Positions 10,856 through 20,588 of a stretch of DNA of 64,000 nt are shown one piece after another (position 1 is the first letter of the stretch; each line of letters starts with the position of its first letter). The stretch is from the IMG/VR virus record IMGVR_UViG_3300042505_000808; one strand, given 5' to 3'. This DNA comes from an uncultured virus (IMG/VR IMGVR_UViG_3300042505_000808). Lineage: Duplodnaviria; Heunggongvirae; Uroviricota; Caudoviricetes. The notes below the pieces were generated by a model. It made no database searches, was not told where the DNA came from, and saw only the letters and a program-made list of their open reading frames with translations. The position numbers and the translations under genes were made by a program.

Positions 10856-12676
10856 TTATATTGCAGTCAATATTCCTGTTTGTTGCATGATACCTAATTC
10901 ACCAGCATAAGTATCGGTAAGATCGGTAGGTGTACGCTGCACCTTAACATAAATAATTGCCCCTGCGCTTACTTCAATTAATGAGCTGTTTGCTTCTACT
11001 GCTTGATTGGCTCCAACCAAAGCTATCGTATCAATTGTAAGACTGGTATAACTTTGCACCACATTGACTGGAGTTGCTAGACCGGCAGTAGGTCTGGCAG
11101 AAATATAATAACTAACAGCAAGTTGAGGCAACGTACCCGCTGCCCTTCCAATTAAGCGTAGTCTAATTTTAAAGTTAGAATTAGAAGGAGCATCTGAAGG
11201 AACTTCAAATTTTACAACATAACTTGTAGTGATATCATTTGGCATCCCCAGATATAGCACAGGGTAGCTTTCTTCCGTGGCTCCGTCTAATCGTACAAGC
11301 TGACTAGCTAGTTCCTGCGTTGGCTGGCTTATTACACCGAGACCAACTGGACCATGATAAATGGTGCGCCCAAGTGTATCTAATGTAGTGTAGGGGCTGG
11401 ATAATACAACATTAGCAGAGTTAGCGTAAACTCCTTCAGCCACAGGTCCTGCATTAAAAGTGTTAGTTACTGGATCAAATGTTTTAAAAACACGATACCC
11501 AGTTAGATTTTGACTACCAATCATGAACGCTAAATTTAAATCAATGTCTAAGTCCCCAGTTGATCCAGGAATAGTTTGCCCTGCGCAGTTTATAACTATA
11601 CGAGGGTCTAAAGAGTTAAGACTAGTTACTGTAGAGACATCAGTAGCAAACCCAACTCGAGTGTAGTACAGCTTTAAAACATATGCACGGCCAGCAGGGG
11701 CACATTCGCTATAGCTGTTGCTTGCTGAACTATCTGTGTCGAGGTCTGTGGGCCAAGGTACTTCGTCATAGCAGTCACTCATCCACCAAATGCCATTCCT
11801 ATCAATCACAACTAAGTCATCCATTAGTTGCTGCCCATACCAACGATGTTCTGTGGCGGTGTCCCAGATGCTAGGTCGTTGCATCTGAATACAAGCTGAT
11901 TGCAAAGGCACGGGAGGGTATAGATTTTTAAGCGATAAATCTTGAGACAAGTTATACCCAAACTTAGCTCCTACTGGGGCTAAGTTATTAAAGCTAACAT
12001 GATCAGCAGGAAGCCAACCAGCGAGGTTCAAATCCGGATTTGTAATTACATGGGCTGCACCTACTGCGGGTGGGGTTACAGTACCGGAAGGAAGCATTGC
12101 TAACGAAAAAGCATAATGCCTATGATTCTCTAAGAAGTCTACAAAACTTGGGTTTACATAGACCCCGCCATTGTTGTTAGTTTTACAAACAGGGATAGTG
12201 ACTGGGGGAAGTTGACGAGTAAGCTTACCTGCACTCATGCCAGACAGATACCAAGTAGCCGCAGGAACAGCAGCTCCGGGAGCTAATGTTATGTCGAGAG
12301 CTTCTCGTATATCTATTTGGGCATAACCAAACAACAAGATGTCAGCTAGCGTAGCATTGTGCTTTATAGCCACAATACCCCATACCTGTGCTTGATCTGG
12401 GACTGTCAAATAGCCTGTAACAGTGTCAGACTCAGTAGACGCAAATGCAGCTTCAAACCGACTCGTAGTAGCATTAAAATAAACAGGTTGACCTACTTTT
12501 AAAGTAGTTTCAATTGTCTGTGCCCGTGCGTAGACTGTGGAGCCCAATGAAGCTGCTTGAATAATGCTCCACAGATACTGAATATTTTGGTCTAGTTGTT
12601 CTAGTGGTCGGTTAGCTGTACCAGGGGAGACTGGCTCTCCTTCCCTAATAAACTTAATAAAATGTTCTAAACTCAT
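10856..12676 (-). CDS. Putative baseplate/tail-fibre attachment protein
   Basis: 606 aa; beta-rich; lies between baseplate and fibre genes. Confidence 0.45.
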   Translation of the reverse strand: MSLEHFIKFIREGEPVSPGTANRPLEQLDQNIQYLWSIIQAASLGSTVYARAQTIETTLKVGQPVYFNATTSRFEAAFASTESDTVTGYLTVPDQAQVWGIVAIKHNATLADILLFGYAQIDIREALDITLAPGAAVPAATWYLSGMSAGKLTRQLPPVTIPVCKTNNNGGVYVNPSFVDFLENHRHYAFSLAMLPSGTVTPPAVGAAHVITNPDLNLAGWLPADHVSFNNLAPVGAKFGYNLSQDLSLKNLYPPVPLQSACIQMQRPSIWDTATEHRWYGQQLMDDLVVIDRNGIWWMSDCYDEVPWPTDLDTDSSASNSYSECAPAGRAYVLKLYYTRVGFATDVSTVTSLNSLDPRIVINCAGQTIPGSTGDLDIDLNLAFMIGSQNLTGYRVFKTFDPVTNTFNAGPVAEGVYANSANVVLSSPYTTLDTLGRTIYHGPVGLGVISQPTQELASQLVRLDGATEESYPVLYLGMPNDITTSYVVKFEVPSDAPSNSNFKIRLRLIGRAAGTLPQLAVSYYISARPTAGLATPVNVVQSYTSLTIDTIALVGANQAVEANSSLIEVSAGAIIYVKVQRTPTDLTDTYAGELGIMQQTGILTAI

Positions 12677-12707
12677 CCTTGAGCTCTCCCTTTTAAGCCA
12701 TCCCTAG

Positions 12708-13292
12708 TTATTCTAAAGTTAGCACCCATTCGATGCCAACTTGACTAGTTGCAAGCTTTTGTTGCTGATCTTCTGCTGCAAAATAAAAACTGCTGAATAA
12801 CAAGTCTCTAGTAGCATCCGTTGCGTCGATAAATGCCACAAGAGATGCACCGATTATAACAGAGTTAGAAGCATAAGAGAAAGGCTTACCATGTACCCCA
12901 GCTACTCCACCACTTCTAGCAAAGAATGTTATTTGGTTATTAGTTAACCCAGTTCCGGCAGAAGCCACTGGGCTAGCTGTCAAAGGAACCCGTAAATAGT
13001 CTTTAACGGCACTTCCAGATAAATTATTGTAGTAATCTACATTACGAGTACGATTAAATGAAGGTATAGCCACGGTGTCGCCTGGGCTAGCTGTGTTTTC
13101 AAATTCCAAGTACAACCCGCCAATACGGAACCGACCATCCCCTGTTGTTAATAATTTTGCAGCAATTTCTGCCCATTGATATAACACAAGATTATGTTTA
13201 TATTCTGTAAGTGCTGTCCAGTTGTCATCTGTCACATTGTAGGCACGCACCTTGCCACTAATGTTTTCACCGCCATTTAGATAATTGTTCAT
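12708..13292 (-). CDS. Putative baseplate wedge/tail protein
   Basis: 194 aa; HNLVL motif and C-terminal IEWVLTL resemble small baseplate-associated phage proteins; context. Confidence 0.4.
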   Translation of the reverse strand: MNNYLNGGENISGKVRAYNVTDDNWTALTEYKHNLVLYQWAEIAAKLLTTGDGRFRIGGLYLEFENTASPGDTVAIPSFNRTRNVDYYNNLSGSAVKDYLRVPLTASPVASAGTGLTNNQITFFARSGGVAGVHGKPFSYASNSVIIGASLVAFIDATDATRDLLFSSFYFAAEDQQQKLATSQVGIEWVLTLE

Positions 13293-13309
13293 ATAACATC
13301 CTTACTATT

Positions 13310-14866
13310 TCAAATGCAACGACCACCAATTATGGTAGCTCGTACTTGTTCAGACATATATAAAGCGGGTAGTAGGCTCTCTGCATTTACCATACATGGA
13401 AAAGAAGATAAATTCTCCTCATACCCTGCACTCGTTTCCGTACCCAAGGTCTCCATGATAACATGAGTGTCGTCATAGACCAATTCAACATTTAATAACA
13501 TTAAGGTATGTGGGGGCTGAATTTTGCGTAACTGGTCAGAAGGCACGAAAGGAAGTCGAGTTGTTCTAGAAATTCCAGCCTTAATTTTTACTACATAAGC
13601 GTTATTGCGTAAAACATTATCTGTAAGAAATTGTAGTGGGTTTATCATACCGGGGAGCATGGCAGCAGTTGGTTGCCCTATGGGGGTTGCTCGCCTATCT
13701 AAAAGCATGGCAAGCGTTTGATTTTTAGCTACCCCTGCTGCGTGCGTGTCGTCCCAAAACTTATCGGCATCAAATGGGAATCCACCAATTTTCCAAGATA
13801 CCTTGGTAAATCCATCGACTCCAAGTTCAACAATTATAGGTGTTTCAATGTTTTCAAAGACTAATTCACCTTGGAACCCATAAGGTATAAGTCCTACTCC
13901 AGCCGAAAGTGCACCTATATCCTGCGGATCAATTTGTTTGCCTTGGTTAAACTCAAATACTTGGAGAAGATCTGTAAGACTATCCCCAGCTGTTACTTGC
14001 TGATGGATAAAGACGGTAGGTGTTGCTGTTAGAGGGAAACGATAAACATGCTGATCTGTAAAGATATTAAGTTTATCTGCGTCTCTAATTATTCTTTCAA
14101 CAACTTCTTTTGCCTCTATTACTAAAGGCACTCCAAAGGCAGCAGCTAAGGCTAGCTGTTGCGTGCGAATGCTTGTTCCGCTTACAAAAGCATCAAATAT
14201 TGCATTAATGAATTGCTTATAGTTTTCGCTGGATTTTAATTGCAAGCGAAGAACATAGCCAAATTGCTTGTAAGTCGTGTACCAATCCCACTTTCCACGA
14301 TACATCCACAATACTATTTCTTTATCTACAATTTCACCGCTATCGTTTAATAAATCTCGTTTCGCTATTAGATTGTTTTTAAATGGATTCTCTCGAAAAA
14401 CGATGGTTGTGTCTTCTAACCAATAGTCCACTCCTTGAACTAGTTCCACAGTAGGGTTTGTCAGCCGATTGAATATTAATTTTACTTCTACCAGCCCTCT
14501 AGGTTTAGTAAGCACAAAATAAGGAGTGGATAAAGCTTGACCATAAGTTAGCGAATTATCGGAAATATAAGTTTGTGAAGTCTGCTCGTTATGCTTGGGC
14601 AGTAAGTTTGTATCTATATTTAAATCCGTCTCACGAAAACGCAAAGCATACCAGTTGTCTTGATGAAATATTGGTACCTTAAATCTAGATATGCTATTCA
14701 CAAGCTCCATAAGTTGAGCATAGGTTTGCTGTGCCATTTGCCCTGTCACTTCGGTTAAATCCGAAATTAACTTATTACCTTGATAAGTTGTTGCCCAAAA
14801 ACTTCCTAAAAGATTTAAAAGTAAATCGGCATTATCTAAATCATTCTGTGGGTAGCGATATGCCAT
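13310..14866 (-). CDS. Putative baseplate wedge protein
   Basis: 518 aa; position near baseplate J; C-terminal LRKIQPPHT resembles the K/R-P-A-H-T end of gpI/gp7-type wedge proteins. Confidence 0.55.
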   Translation of the reverse strand: MAYRYPQNDLDNADLLLNLLGSFWATTYQGNKLISDLTEVTGQMAQQTYAQLMELVNSISRFKVPIFHQDNWYALRFRETDLNIDTNLLPKHNEQTSQTYISDNSLTYGQALSTPYFVLTKPRGLVEVKLIFNRLTNPTVELVQGVDYWLEDTTIVFRENPFKNNLIAKRDLLNDSGEIVDKEIVLWMYRGKWDWYTTYKQFGYVLRLQLKSSENYKQFINAIFDAFVSGTSIRTQQLALAAAFGVPLVIEAKEVVERIIRDADKLNIFTDQHVYRFPLTATPTVFIHQQVTAGDSLTDLLQVFEFNQGKQIDPQDIGALSAGVGLIPYGFQGELVFENIETPIIVELGVDGFTKVSWKIGGFPFDADKFWDDTHAAGVAKNQTLAMLLDRRATPIGQPTAAMLPGMINPLQFLTDNVLRNNAYVVKIKAGISRTTRLPFVPSDQLRKIQPPHTLMLLNVELVYDDTHVIMETLGTETSAGYEENLSSFPCMVNAESLLPALYMSEQVRATIIGGRCI

Positions 14867-15198
14867 TATTTACCCTGCTCTGGATGGTACAAACGTTTTA
14901 AAAACCAGTTTAATGCCATGCTCATCACTTGGTTTAAAAGGAAACTACCAATAAAGAAAAAGATAAGACCGCCTGTGATAAACTTAACAGCTTGTTTGCG
15001 TATTTGTTCTTCTGTGCCATTAGGATTAGCTTCATACGCTTTCCTTACTGCAAGTGCAACTCGACGAACATCTTCTCGCTTTTTTAGCAGATCGTGTGTG
15101 AGCCGTTTAGCTGCAAGAGTCACCCTAGTTTTAGGGAAATTAGACATTGCACAGCCTTGCTCATTGCAACATTCTTCTGTTAATTCTGTCCAGTTCAT
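14866..15198 (-). CDS. Small protein with C-terminal hydrophobic segment
   Basis: 110 aa; FITGGLIFFFIGSFLL. Confidence 0.6.
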   Translation of the reverse strand: MNWTELTEECCNEQGCAMSNFPKTRVTLAAKRLTHDLLKKREDVRRVALAVRKAYEANPNGTEEQIRKQAVKFITGGLIFFFIGSFLLNQVMSMALNWFLKRLYHPEQGK

Positions 15199-15476
15199 TG
15201 GGGTTTCACTTTGATATTAATGGGAGAATAATCAATTTCAACTTCCACGCCATCAGCCCCTGCAGTAAGAGAAGACATAGTAGTTCTTATGTTAAGGGGG
15301 CCGACCGCCATACTTACCTTAGCCGGAGGATTAAAAGTCATCACCCCTTGTTTGATCTTAATGTCTTGCACTTCTGAAAAATCTAAACGTTTACCTTCGT
15401 GTTCCACTACACCTCGTTGCAGCAAACTGCGTAACAAGTCATAAGCAAATGAAGGAATTTTGACTGGATAGTTCAT
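15195..15476 (-). CDS. Hypothetical protein
   Basis: 93 aa; ATGA overlap with the next gene. Confidence 0.65.
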   Translation of the reverse strand: MNYPVKIPSFAYDLLRSLLQRGVVEHEGKRLDFSEVQDIKIKQGVMTFNPPAKVSMAVGPLNIRTTMSSLTAGADGVEVEIDYSPINIKVKPQ

Positions 15477-15517
15477 ATGTTTCCATTAGAACCTAACTGG
15501 TTCTTTAGAGTTTAACT

Positions 15518-15916
15518 TCATTTACTTGGGGTACCAGTAGATTGACGGACTGTGCTGCCTCTACGAAATAGCCCACGAGAAGTAGTCGAAGAAAAAGAAG
15601 GTTCGACTTCTACCGCTTCTCTAACTTCAATTAACTTAGGTGAGGTAGGAGCTACAATAGCAGGTTCTCCTACCAACCGATTTACATTTGCATCGATCTT
15701 TTGTAATATCATTTTCTGCTCGGTTAGCAGCTCTAACTGAGTCTTTTGATTGCTAAGGATAGCTTCATTTAAATCTTTATCAAAGCTAGCTTGTACGCTT
15801 GCGGGTAGCTCCGTAGATGTAGAAGCAGAGCTAATAGGTCGAAGAACTATAAAACTTATAAAGCAGATCAACCCAAATGCAAACGCATTAAGAATAACTG
15901 TTAATAGATTTTTCAT
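15518..15916 (-). CDS. Membrane-anchored/secreted coiled-coil protein
   Basis: 132 aa; N-terminal hydrophobic helix, then a heptad-like segment. Confidence 0.65.
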   Translation of the reverse strand: MKNLLTVILNAFAFGLICFISFIVLRPISSASTSTELPASVQASFDKDLNEAILSNQKTQLELLTEQKMILQKIDANVNRLVGEPAIVAPTSPKLIEVREAVEVEPSFSSTTSRGLFRRGSTVRQSTGTPSK

Positions 15917-16734
15917 TCTGGTTTTAACCTCATTTTGTAGTAAGGAGAATTATTATACCAATCAACTGGAACAGCTTCCTTGTTGCCCATCAACCCAATT
16001 GCAGCCGTATCTGAATACTCTATCATCTGTTTCCAAGCCTTGGGTGTAATCAAATAACCGCCATCTGCCCATGAGTTGGCAGCTCTAAGATTACCATCTT
16101 TGTCATAGCCTAAAACACACATTGCATGCCCACCGCCACTGCGTCGTGGTTGATAACTCCGCACAATTCGATCATCAGGTATATATCCATCGTAATAAGC
16201 AATACCAAAGTTAATTGCACCTCCGCCACCAATAAAATCTAATACCTTGTCATGATCATCTGGAACTTCCCATAAAGACAGTGCCTTGTAAGGAAGTGCA
16301 GCTTCATAGTTGGCAGCGCTTAAAATAGCTTCTCGATCTGCCCTTCTAGGATAACCACTAGGATAACCAGTAAGAGATTCAGGACAACAGCCATATTCAA
16401 GACCAACTTGGCATCCTCCGGAGATAGTAGAGCCATCATCGGAGCCAAGAAGTCCATCTAATTTCTGAGAAGAAAGATAAGCAAAAATCTCAGATAGCTG
16501 TACAGTTTCACCTCGTACCAAGGCTAATCGTTCTAGCACTGAGCTAAGTGAATGACCTTGGCAACTTCCAATTTGTCCTTGGTCTTCGTTGCGATGCCAC
16601 TTAATGTCTACTTCTGCGGGGCGGGCAAATGCTTTCCATAAAGGGGTAGACATGGGAACTCGAGAAAGACTACGAATAAAGCTGTAATCTTCTTTTTCTT
16701 TTTTCCAATTACCTGACATTTTTGTTTCACTCAT
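15913..16734 (-). CDS. Papain-like (family C1) cysteine peptidase
   Basis: DQGQIGSC (Gln/Cys), GGHAM (His) and NSW (Asn) catalytic motifs. Confidence 0.85.
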   Translation of the reverse strand: MSETKMSGNWKKEKEDYSFIRSLSRVPMSTPLWKAFARPAEVDIKWHRNEDQGQIGSCQGHSLSSVLERLALVRGETVQLSEIFAYLSSQKLDGLLGSDDGSTISGGCQVGLEYGCCPESLTGYPSGYPRRADREAILSAANYEAALPYKALSLWEVPDDHDKVLDFIGGGGAINFGIAYYDGYIPDDRIVRSYQPRRSGGGHAMCVLGYDKDGNLRAANSWADGGYLITPKAWKQMIEYSDTAAIGLMGNKEAVPVDWYNNSPYYKMRLKPE

Positions 16735-17087
16735 TTTGCATAGCTCCTTAATAGTTTTTCATGTGCCTTGGCAGACCATCCGCCTTGTTTGACAAAATAA
16801 TCTTGTTCGCTTTTTGCTAGCTCTTTAAAGGCAGCTTTGCGGGCAGGTTCTTGTCCTGCTGCAATAAAATCCCAAGCTTCTTGTTCTGTCTTAATATCGC
16901 CAGAAGCCAGCTTGTCCGCTGCAGCTTGAGCATGGGCCCGCCATAGCTGCTCATAGGTCGCAAATACTTGCTTAGGAGAGGCAACGGGGGTACTTGGAAC
17001 AAATGCAGTTGAATCGCATTGAAAAGGCCCAATCAATAAGAATAGCCCAAAAGCACCACTCAGCAGTCCTAGATAACGCAAAGACAT
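16731..17087 (-). CDS. Putative exported/membrane protein
   Basis: 118 aa; N-terminal hydrophobic stretch followed by a Cys. Confidence 0.6.
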   Translation of the reverse strand: MSLRYLGLLSGAFGLFLLIGPFQCDSTAFVPSTPVASPKQVFATYEQLWRAHAQAAADKLASGDIKTEQEAWDFIAAGQEPARKAAFKELAKSEQDYFVKQGGWSAKAHEKLLRSYAK

Positions 17088-17102
17088 AGTAAGTCTCCTA
17101 AG

Positions 17103-17498
17103 TTAATTTTTTACTTCTTCAGGTTTAACGACATTAGGGGTACAGTCATTGCGTCTAGCTAGTTTAGCTTCCGTAATGGCTACTTGTGCTTCTGTCATCT
17201 CGGCTTTCGCATACTCCCACCAAATGGAAGGATTAGCATTAGGTGAAGTCGCTTCAATAATTTTAAGAAACTCCCCAATACCTGCAGGTGCAGGGGCATC
17301 GCTATTGCGAGTTTTAGGAGCGGGGGTAGGTGCGGGAGGAAGAATGTTTGGAATATCAGAAACAAAGCGAGAGGTTAGCTCTTTAATCCAAGGAATTGCA
17401 AAAAAAACTATTCCAATAGCTAGCAGCACAATGGTTAAAATAGGTTTAACCCAAGGAATTAACCCTGCCAAATCTATTACAATTTCACCTATAATCAC
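17103..17498 (-). CDS. Membrane protein (possible holin-like)
   Basis: GTG start with AGGAGG; TM segment ILTIVLLAIGIVFFAIPW. Holin role is only a guess. Confidence 0.55.
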   Translation of the reverse strand: MIIGEIVIDLAGLIPWVKPILTIVLLAIGIVFFAIPWIKELTSRFVSDIPNILPPAPTPAPKTRNSDAPAPAGIGEFLKIIEATSPNANPSIWWEYAKAEMTEAQVAITEAKLARRNDCTPNVVKPEEVKN

Positions 17499-17510
17499 AG
17501 GACACCTCCT

Positions 17511-18413
17511 TTAAACACAAGTGACAACTAATTTCTGCCCTTTGTGCAACTCTACGGCTAATGTATTTTTTGTTTCTTTCTTAACCCCTACTGCATTTTC
17601 ATTTTTCCCATATAGTTTTTGAATGCGCTTAATATCATCATTATCTTGGGGACCGCTTACAAAAGGGTTATAGTAGGGGGCCATCAGTGCCCCAGCATTC
17701 TTTGAGTGGTCTAACCCAAGAAGATGCCCAAATTCATGGCAAGCAACATTTAACATCATAACTCCACGATCCGTAGGCTGAGAAATCCAAGTTTCATCCA
17801 GATCGAACCGCATTGTTAGTTGTTGGTCATTCCCTTTTGGCATATAAGCCCAAGCTAGCGTACCACCTCTCCCATCAAAATTATGCTGTATTCCCTTACC
17901 TGTAGCAATCGCAATGTCTGCTTTCTTTGCGTCTTTGATTCGGGTAATGTTTAAACCGCACACATCGTCCCAAGCTTTAAAGGCTGCAGCTAGTATTTTA
18001 TCTTGCGTTGGCTTGCCTAGCCCTGTGACATACTGTTGAACAGCAAAAGTAAGCCCATTCTTATTCCATCGATTACGCTGCTTCTCCGCAACATCTTGAG
18101 CTTCCATAAACTGGATATGTTGTTTATTTTTAGGATCAAGCTTATCAGGGCAGCCACAACGAGGAGTTTCCATGGCTCGTAAAGTTTTAGGCCCAATAAC
18201 CCCATCTACTTTCAAATTAAACATGCGTTGAAATGTTTTGACTGCTGCTTCGAGCTTGGCATAGTCCATGTTCTGAAGCAAATCAATGGCGACATAACCA
18301 AAGAAAGTTAGGTAGTCCATCGCAAAGTGCATTGCTTGTGGAGAGTTTTTATCACTTCCATTTTTCTTAAATAAACGGATAGCTTCTACCCGCCCTTTTT
18401 GCTCTAGTGACAT
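17511..18413 (-). CDS. Matrixin (M10/MMP-like) zinc metalloprotease with PG-binding-like propeptide
   Basis: AVKTFQRMFNLKVDGVIGPKT (PG-binding-like), PRCGCPD cysteine switch, HEFGHLLGLDH zinc motif, ALMAP Met-turn. Confidence 0.9.
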   Translation of the reverse strand: MSLEQKGRVEAIRLFKKNGSDKNSPQAMHFAMDYLTFFGYVAIDLLQNMDYAKLEAAVKTFQRMFNLKVDGVIGPKTLRAMETPRCGCPDKLDPKNKQHIQFMEAQDVAEKQRNRWNKNGLTFAVQQYVTGLGKPTQDKILAAAFKAWDDVCGLNITRIKDAKKADIAIATGKGIQHNFDGRGGTLAWAYMPKGNDQQLTMRFDLDETWISQPTDRGVMMLNVACHEFGHLLGLDHSKNAGALMAPYYNPFVSGPQDNDDIKRIQKLYGKNENAVGVKKETKNTLAVELHKGQKLVVTCV

Positions 18414-18427
18414 ATGTCAACTCCTAT

Positions 18428-20089
18428 TTATTTTGCCGTATAAATGGTCGAAACAATATTAACTGATACCTTAGAAATTTCTGTAAAAAACTGTACAGTT
18501 TTAGCCGTAACCATTTTAGCCGGTTGGTCTGGTATTATCAACGAATCTGAATCTCTTAGATACTGCATTGTCCCATCTGGATTGCGTATGCGTCCAAACA
18601 AGTCTAAGCCAGTTACACTTAAACTATTTTGTAAAAATCCGTGTACTGCTTCAATAATTCGGGAACCGTCTAACCTACCTATAAAATCGGTGCTGTTCAC
18701 TACATCCACAACAGCTGCCTTGATCGCTGCAATCGAAGGAGCAGTATCACCCGCTGTTTTATTAATGGTTAAAGTAACTTCAACAAAACAAGGAATAGGG
18801 GCTTTAACTAATGCGTCTGCAGCATAACTTCGCACATCCCGACTTCCAATCAGTTCTTGAATTTGTCGGATAAAAGGTGTTCCCGTAACATCACAAAAAT
18901 ATTGAGCTGTTTGTCCTATTGTAAGTGTAGTAACAGAAGTGGAGGTATCTACAAAGCGTATAACTGTAGCTTGGAATGCCGAATAAGCACCTTCAGCTAC
19001 CGTTGCGATATCTGGTAAAAAACCCGCTGCGGTTAAATCGTTAGAGCGGGTATCACTAATAGGTTCAAATCCGGAATTTAAACCTGCATCTATTACATTT
19101 TTTATTTTTGTAACTTCATAAAATCCAGGTACATCGTCCTTACCTATTGAAAATTGCCAAGTGCTACTAGTTGCTGCAATTTCAACGCATACTGCTGTAA
19201 CTAATAAGCGGGTACGCTGTAAAGGCAATTGACCTCGAATATACCAGTCTACCCTTCCACCATAACTAATGGGGAACACTGTATGCCTATCCCGTAGCAT
19301 TTCTGCATCGCCATACCCAATGATAGATTGGTTAGTAACTGAATCAAATGCGGGTATTGATCGTAGAAAAGATCGCATATTAGTGCGGTTAGATAAAGTT
19401 TTTGCAGCAATACCTAATTGAAGTTCTTGCAGCAATTCTGTATTAGTTTCCGCCCCTGTGCCATCTAAGAAATTAGAAGTAACATAGCTAGTCACATAAT
19501 TTGTAATAGATCGGGTAGGTACAATCGAATCACCAGCGTTTAACTTGTAAGTAGCCCCAATGCTCTCTGCTTCCACCTCTATGGTAAATGCCCAATTACC
19601 ATTGCTTAAAAGCTGTAATAATCGGTCAGTGTCTAAAGATACTTGTGTGGTTACTGGCCGAGATGTAAATGTTTTGGTAGCAAAATATCGTTTACCATTA
19701 GACTCGAATGAAAAGTTAATTGGGATATTAATGGAGCGTGCTTGGTTCAACTCAATAGTAATGGACCCAATTGCTTTAGTTCCAATTTTACGAGTTATAC
19801 CCCAGTTAGATAGCACTTCGTCTACTACGGTATCGTCCGCTAATGTAGGGTCTATCTGAATCTGCTGTAAGCTTCTTGCAGATTGATAACGGCGTAAACT
19901 AGCACGGATTGAAGCCTCTAGCACGGCATGGTAATAGGCAACAGTATCCTTAAATACCCCTCGCTTTAGATCCAGACTAGGATTTAATTCCTGCAGCTGA
20001 GTCGCAAGCCGGTCTAACAGCTGTTGCACATCTGCTGAATTTAATGAAGTTAGGCTGGACAAGTCTGCACTAGAAAAACTTAATGCCAT
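18428..20089 (-). CDS. Baseplate wedge protein (baseplate J / gp6-like)
   Basis: 553 aa; N-terminal helical part, RKIGTKAIGSITI, VEAESIG..Y, GTGAETNTEL, GGRVDWYI motifs. Confidence 0.8.
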   Translation of the reverse strand: MALSFSSADLSSLTSLNSADVQQLLDRLATQLQELNPSLDLKRGVFKDTVAYYHAVLEASIRASLRRYQSARSLQQIQIDPTLADDTVVDEVLSNWGITRKIGTKAIGSITIELNQARSINIPINFSFESNGKRYFATKTFTSRPVTTQVSLDTDRLLQLLSNGNWAFTIEVEAESIGATYKLNAGDSIVPTRSITNYVTSYVTSNFLDGTGAETNTELLQELQLGIAAKTLSNRTNMRSFLRSIPAFDSVTNQSIIGYGDAEMLRDRHTVFPISYGGRVDWYIRGQLPLQRTRLLVTAVCVEIAATSSTWQFSIGKDDVPGFYEVTKIKNVIDAGLNSGFEPISDTRSNDLTAAGFLPDIATVAEGAYSAFQATVIRFVDTSTSVTTLTIGQTAQYFCDVTGTPFIRQIQELIGSRDVRSYAADALVKAPIPCFVEVTLTINKTAGDTAPSIAAIKAAVVDVVNSTDFIGRLDGSRIIEAVHGFLQNSLSVTGLDLFGRIRNPDGTMQYLRDSDSLIIPDQPAKMVTAKTVQFFTEISKVSVNIVSTIYTAK

Positions 20090-20099
20090 CTTATTATCC

Positions 20100-20588
20100 T
20101 CAGTTAGCTATAACACGAAGCGGGTAAATAACAGTACGAGATTCTTCTGCCATGCTTTGTACTTGTATAGATAGCGTGGCAAAGTCACCAAGCAACGATG
20201 CAGCGAGTAGCGTAGCTTGTTTGTAGCATTCATCCGCAGGTTCATTTAGTTTATCTTCTTCCATTTTCAGAGTATTGCGTAATTCCAACTCAGCTGCATT
20301 AAAAACCGCAAACAATGACTGTGAAGTGTTGACCATGCCTGCCCGAATCTTAGTTATAAAAAATGTACCACGTTGTAGATCGTAGTGTAGTGAGCCCCGC
20401 TCAGTTAATAACTCTAGTAAAAACCTTTGAACTAGCTTTTCAATCCCAGTAATTAAAGCCCCTGCCTGCCCTGGGAGCACTAGAGCTTGGGTTAATTGAG
20501 TATCCCCACTAGCCTTCATGTCTTCAAATGCTAAAAAATCAACAGTGCGCCCCTCATACTGAGCCAGAGTTCCTGATAATTGTGTCAT
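20100..20588 (-). CDS. gp25/gpW-like baseplate protein
   Basis: 162 aa; ITGIEKLVQRFLLELLTERGS...GT; immediately upstream of baseplate J. Confidence 0.7.
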   Translation of the reverse strand: MTQLSGTLAQYEGRTVDFLAFEDMKASGDTQLTQALVLPGQAGALITGIEKLVQRFLLELLTERGSLHYDLQRGTFFITKIRAGMVNTSQSLFAVFNAAELELRNTLKMEEDKLNEPADECYKQATLLAASLLGDFATLSIQVQSMAEESRTVIYPLRVIAN

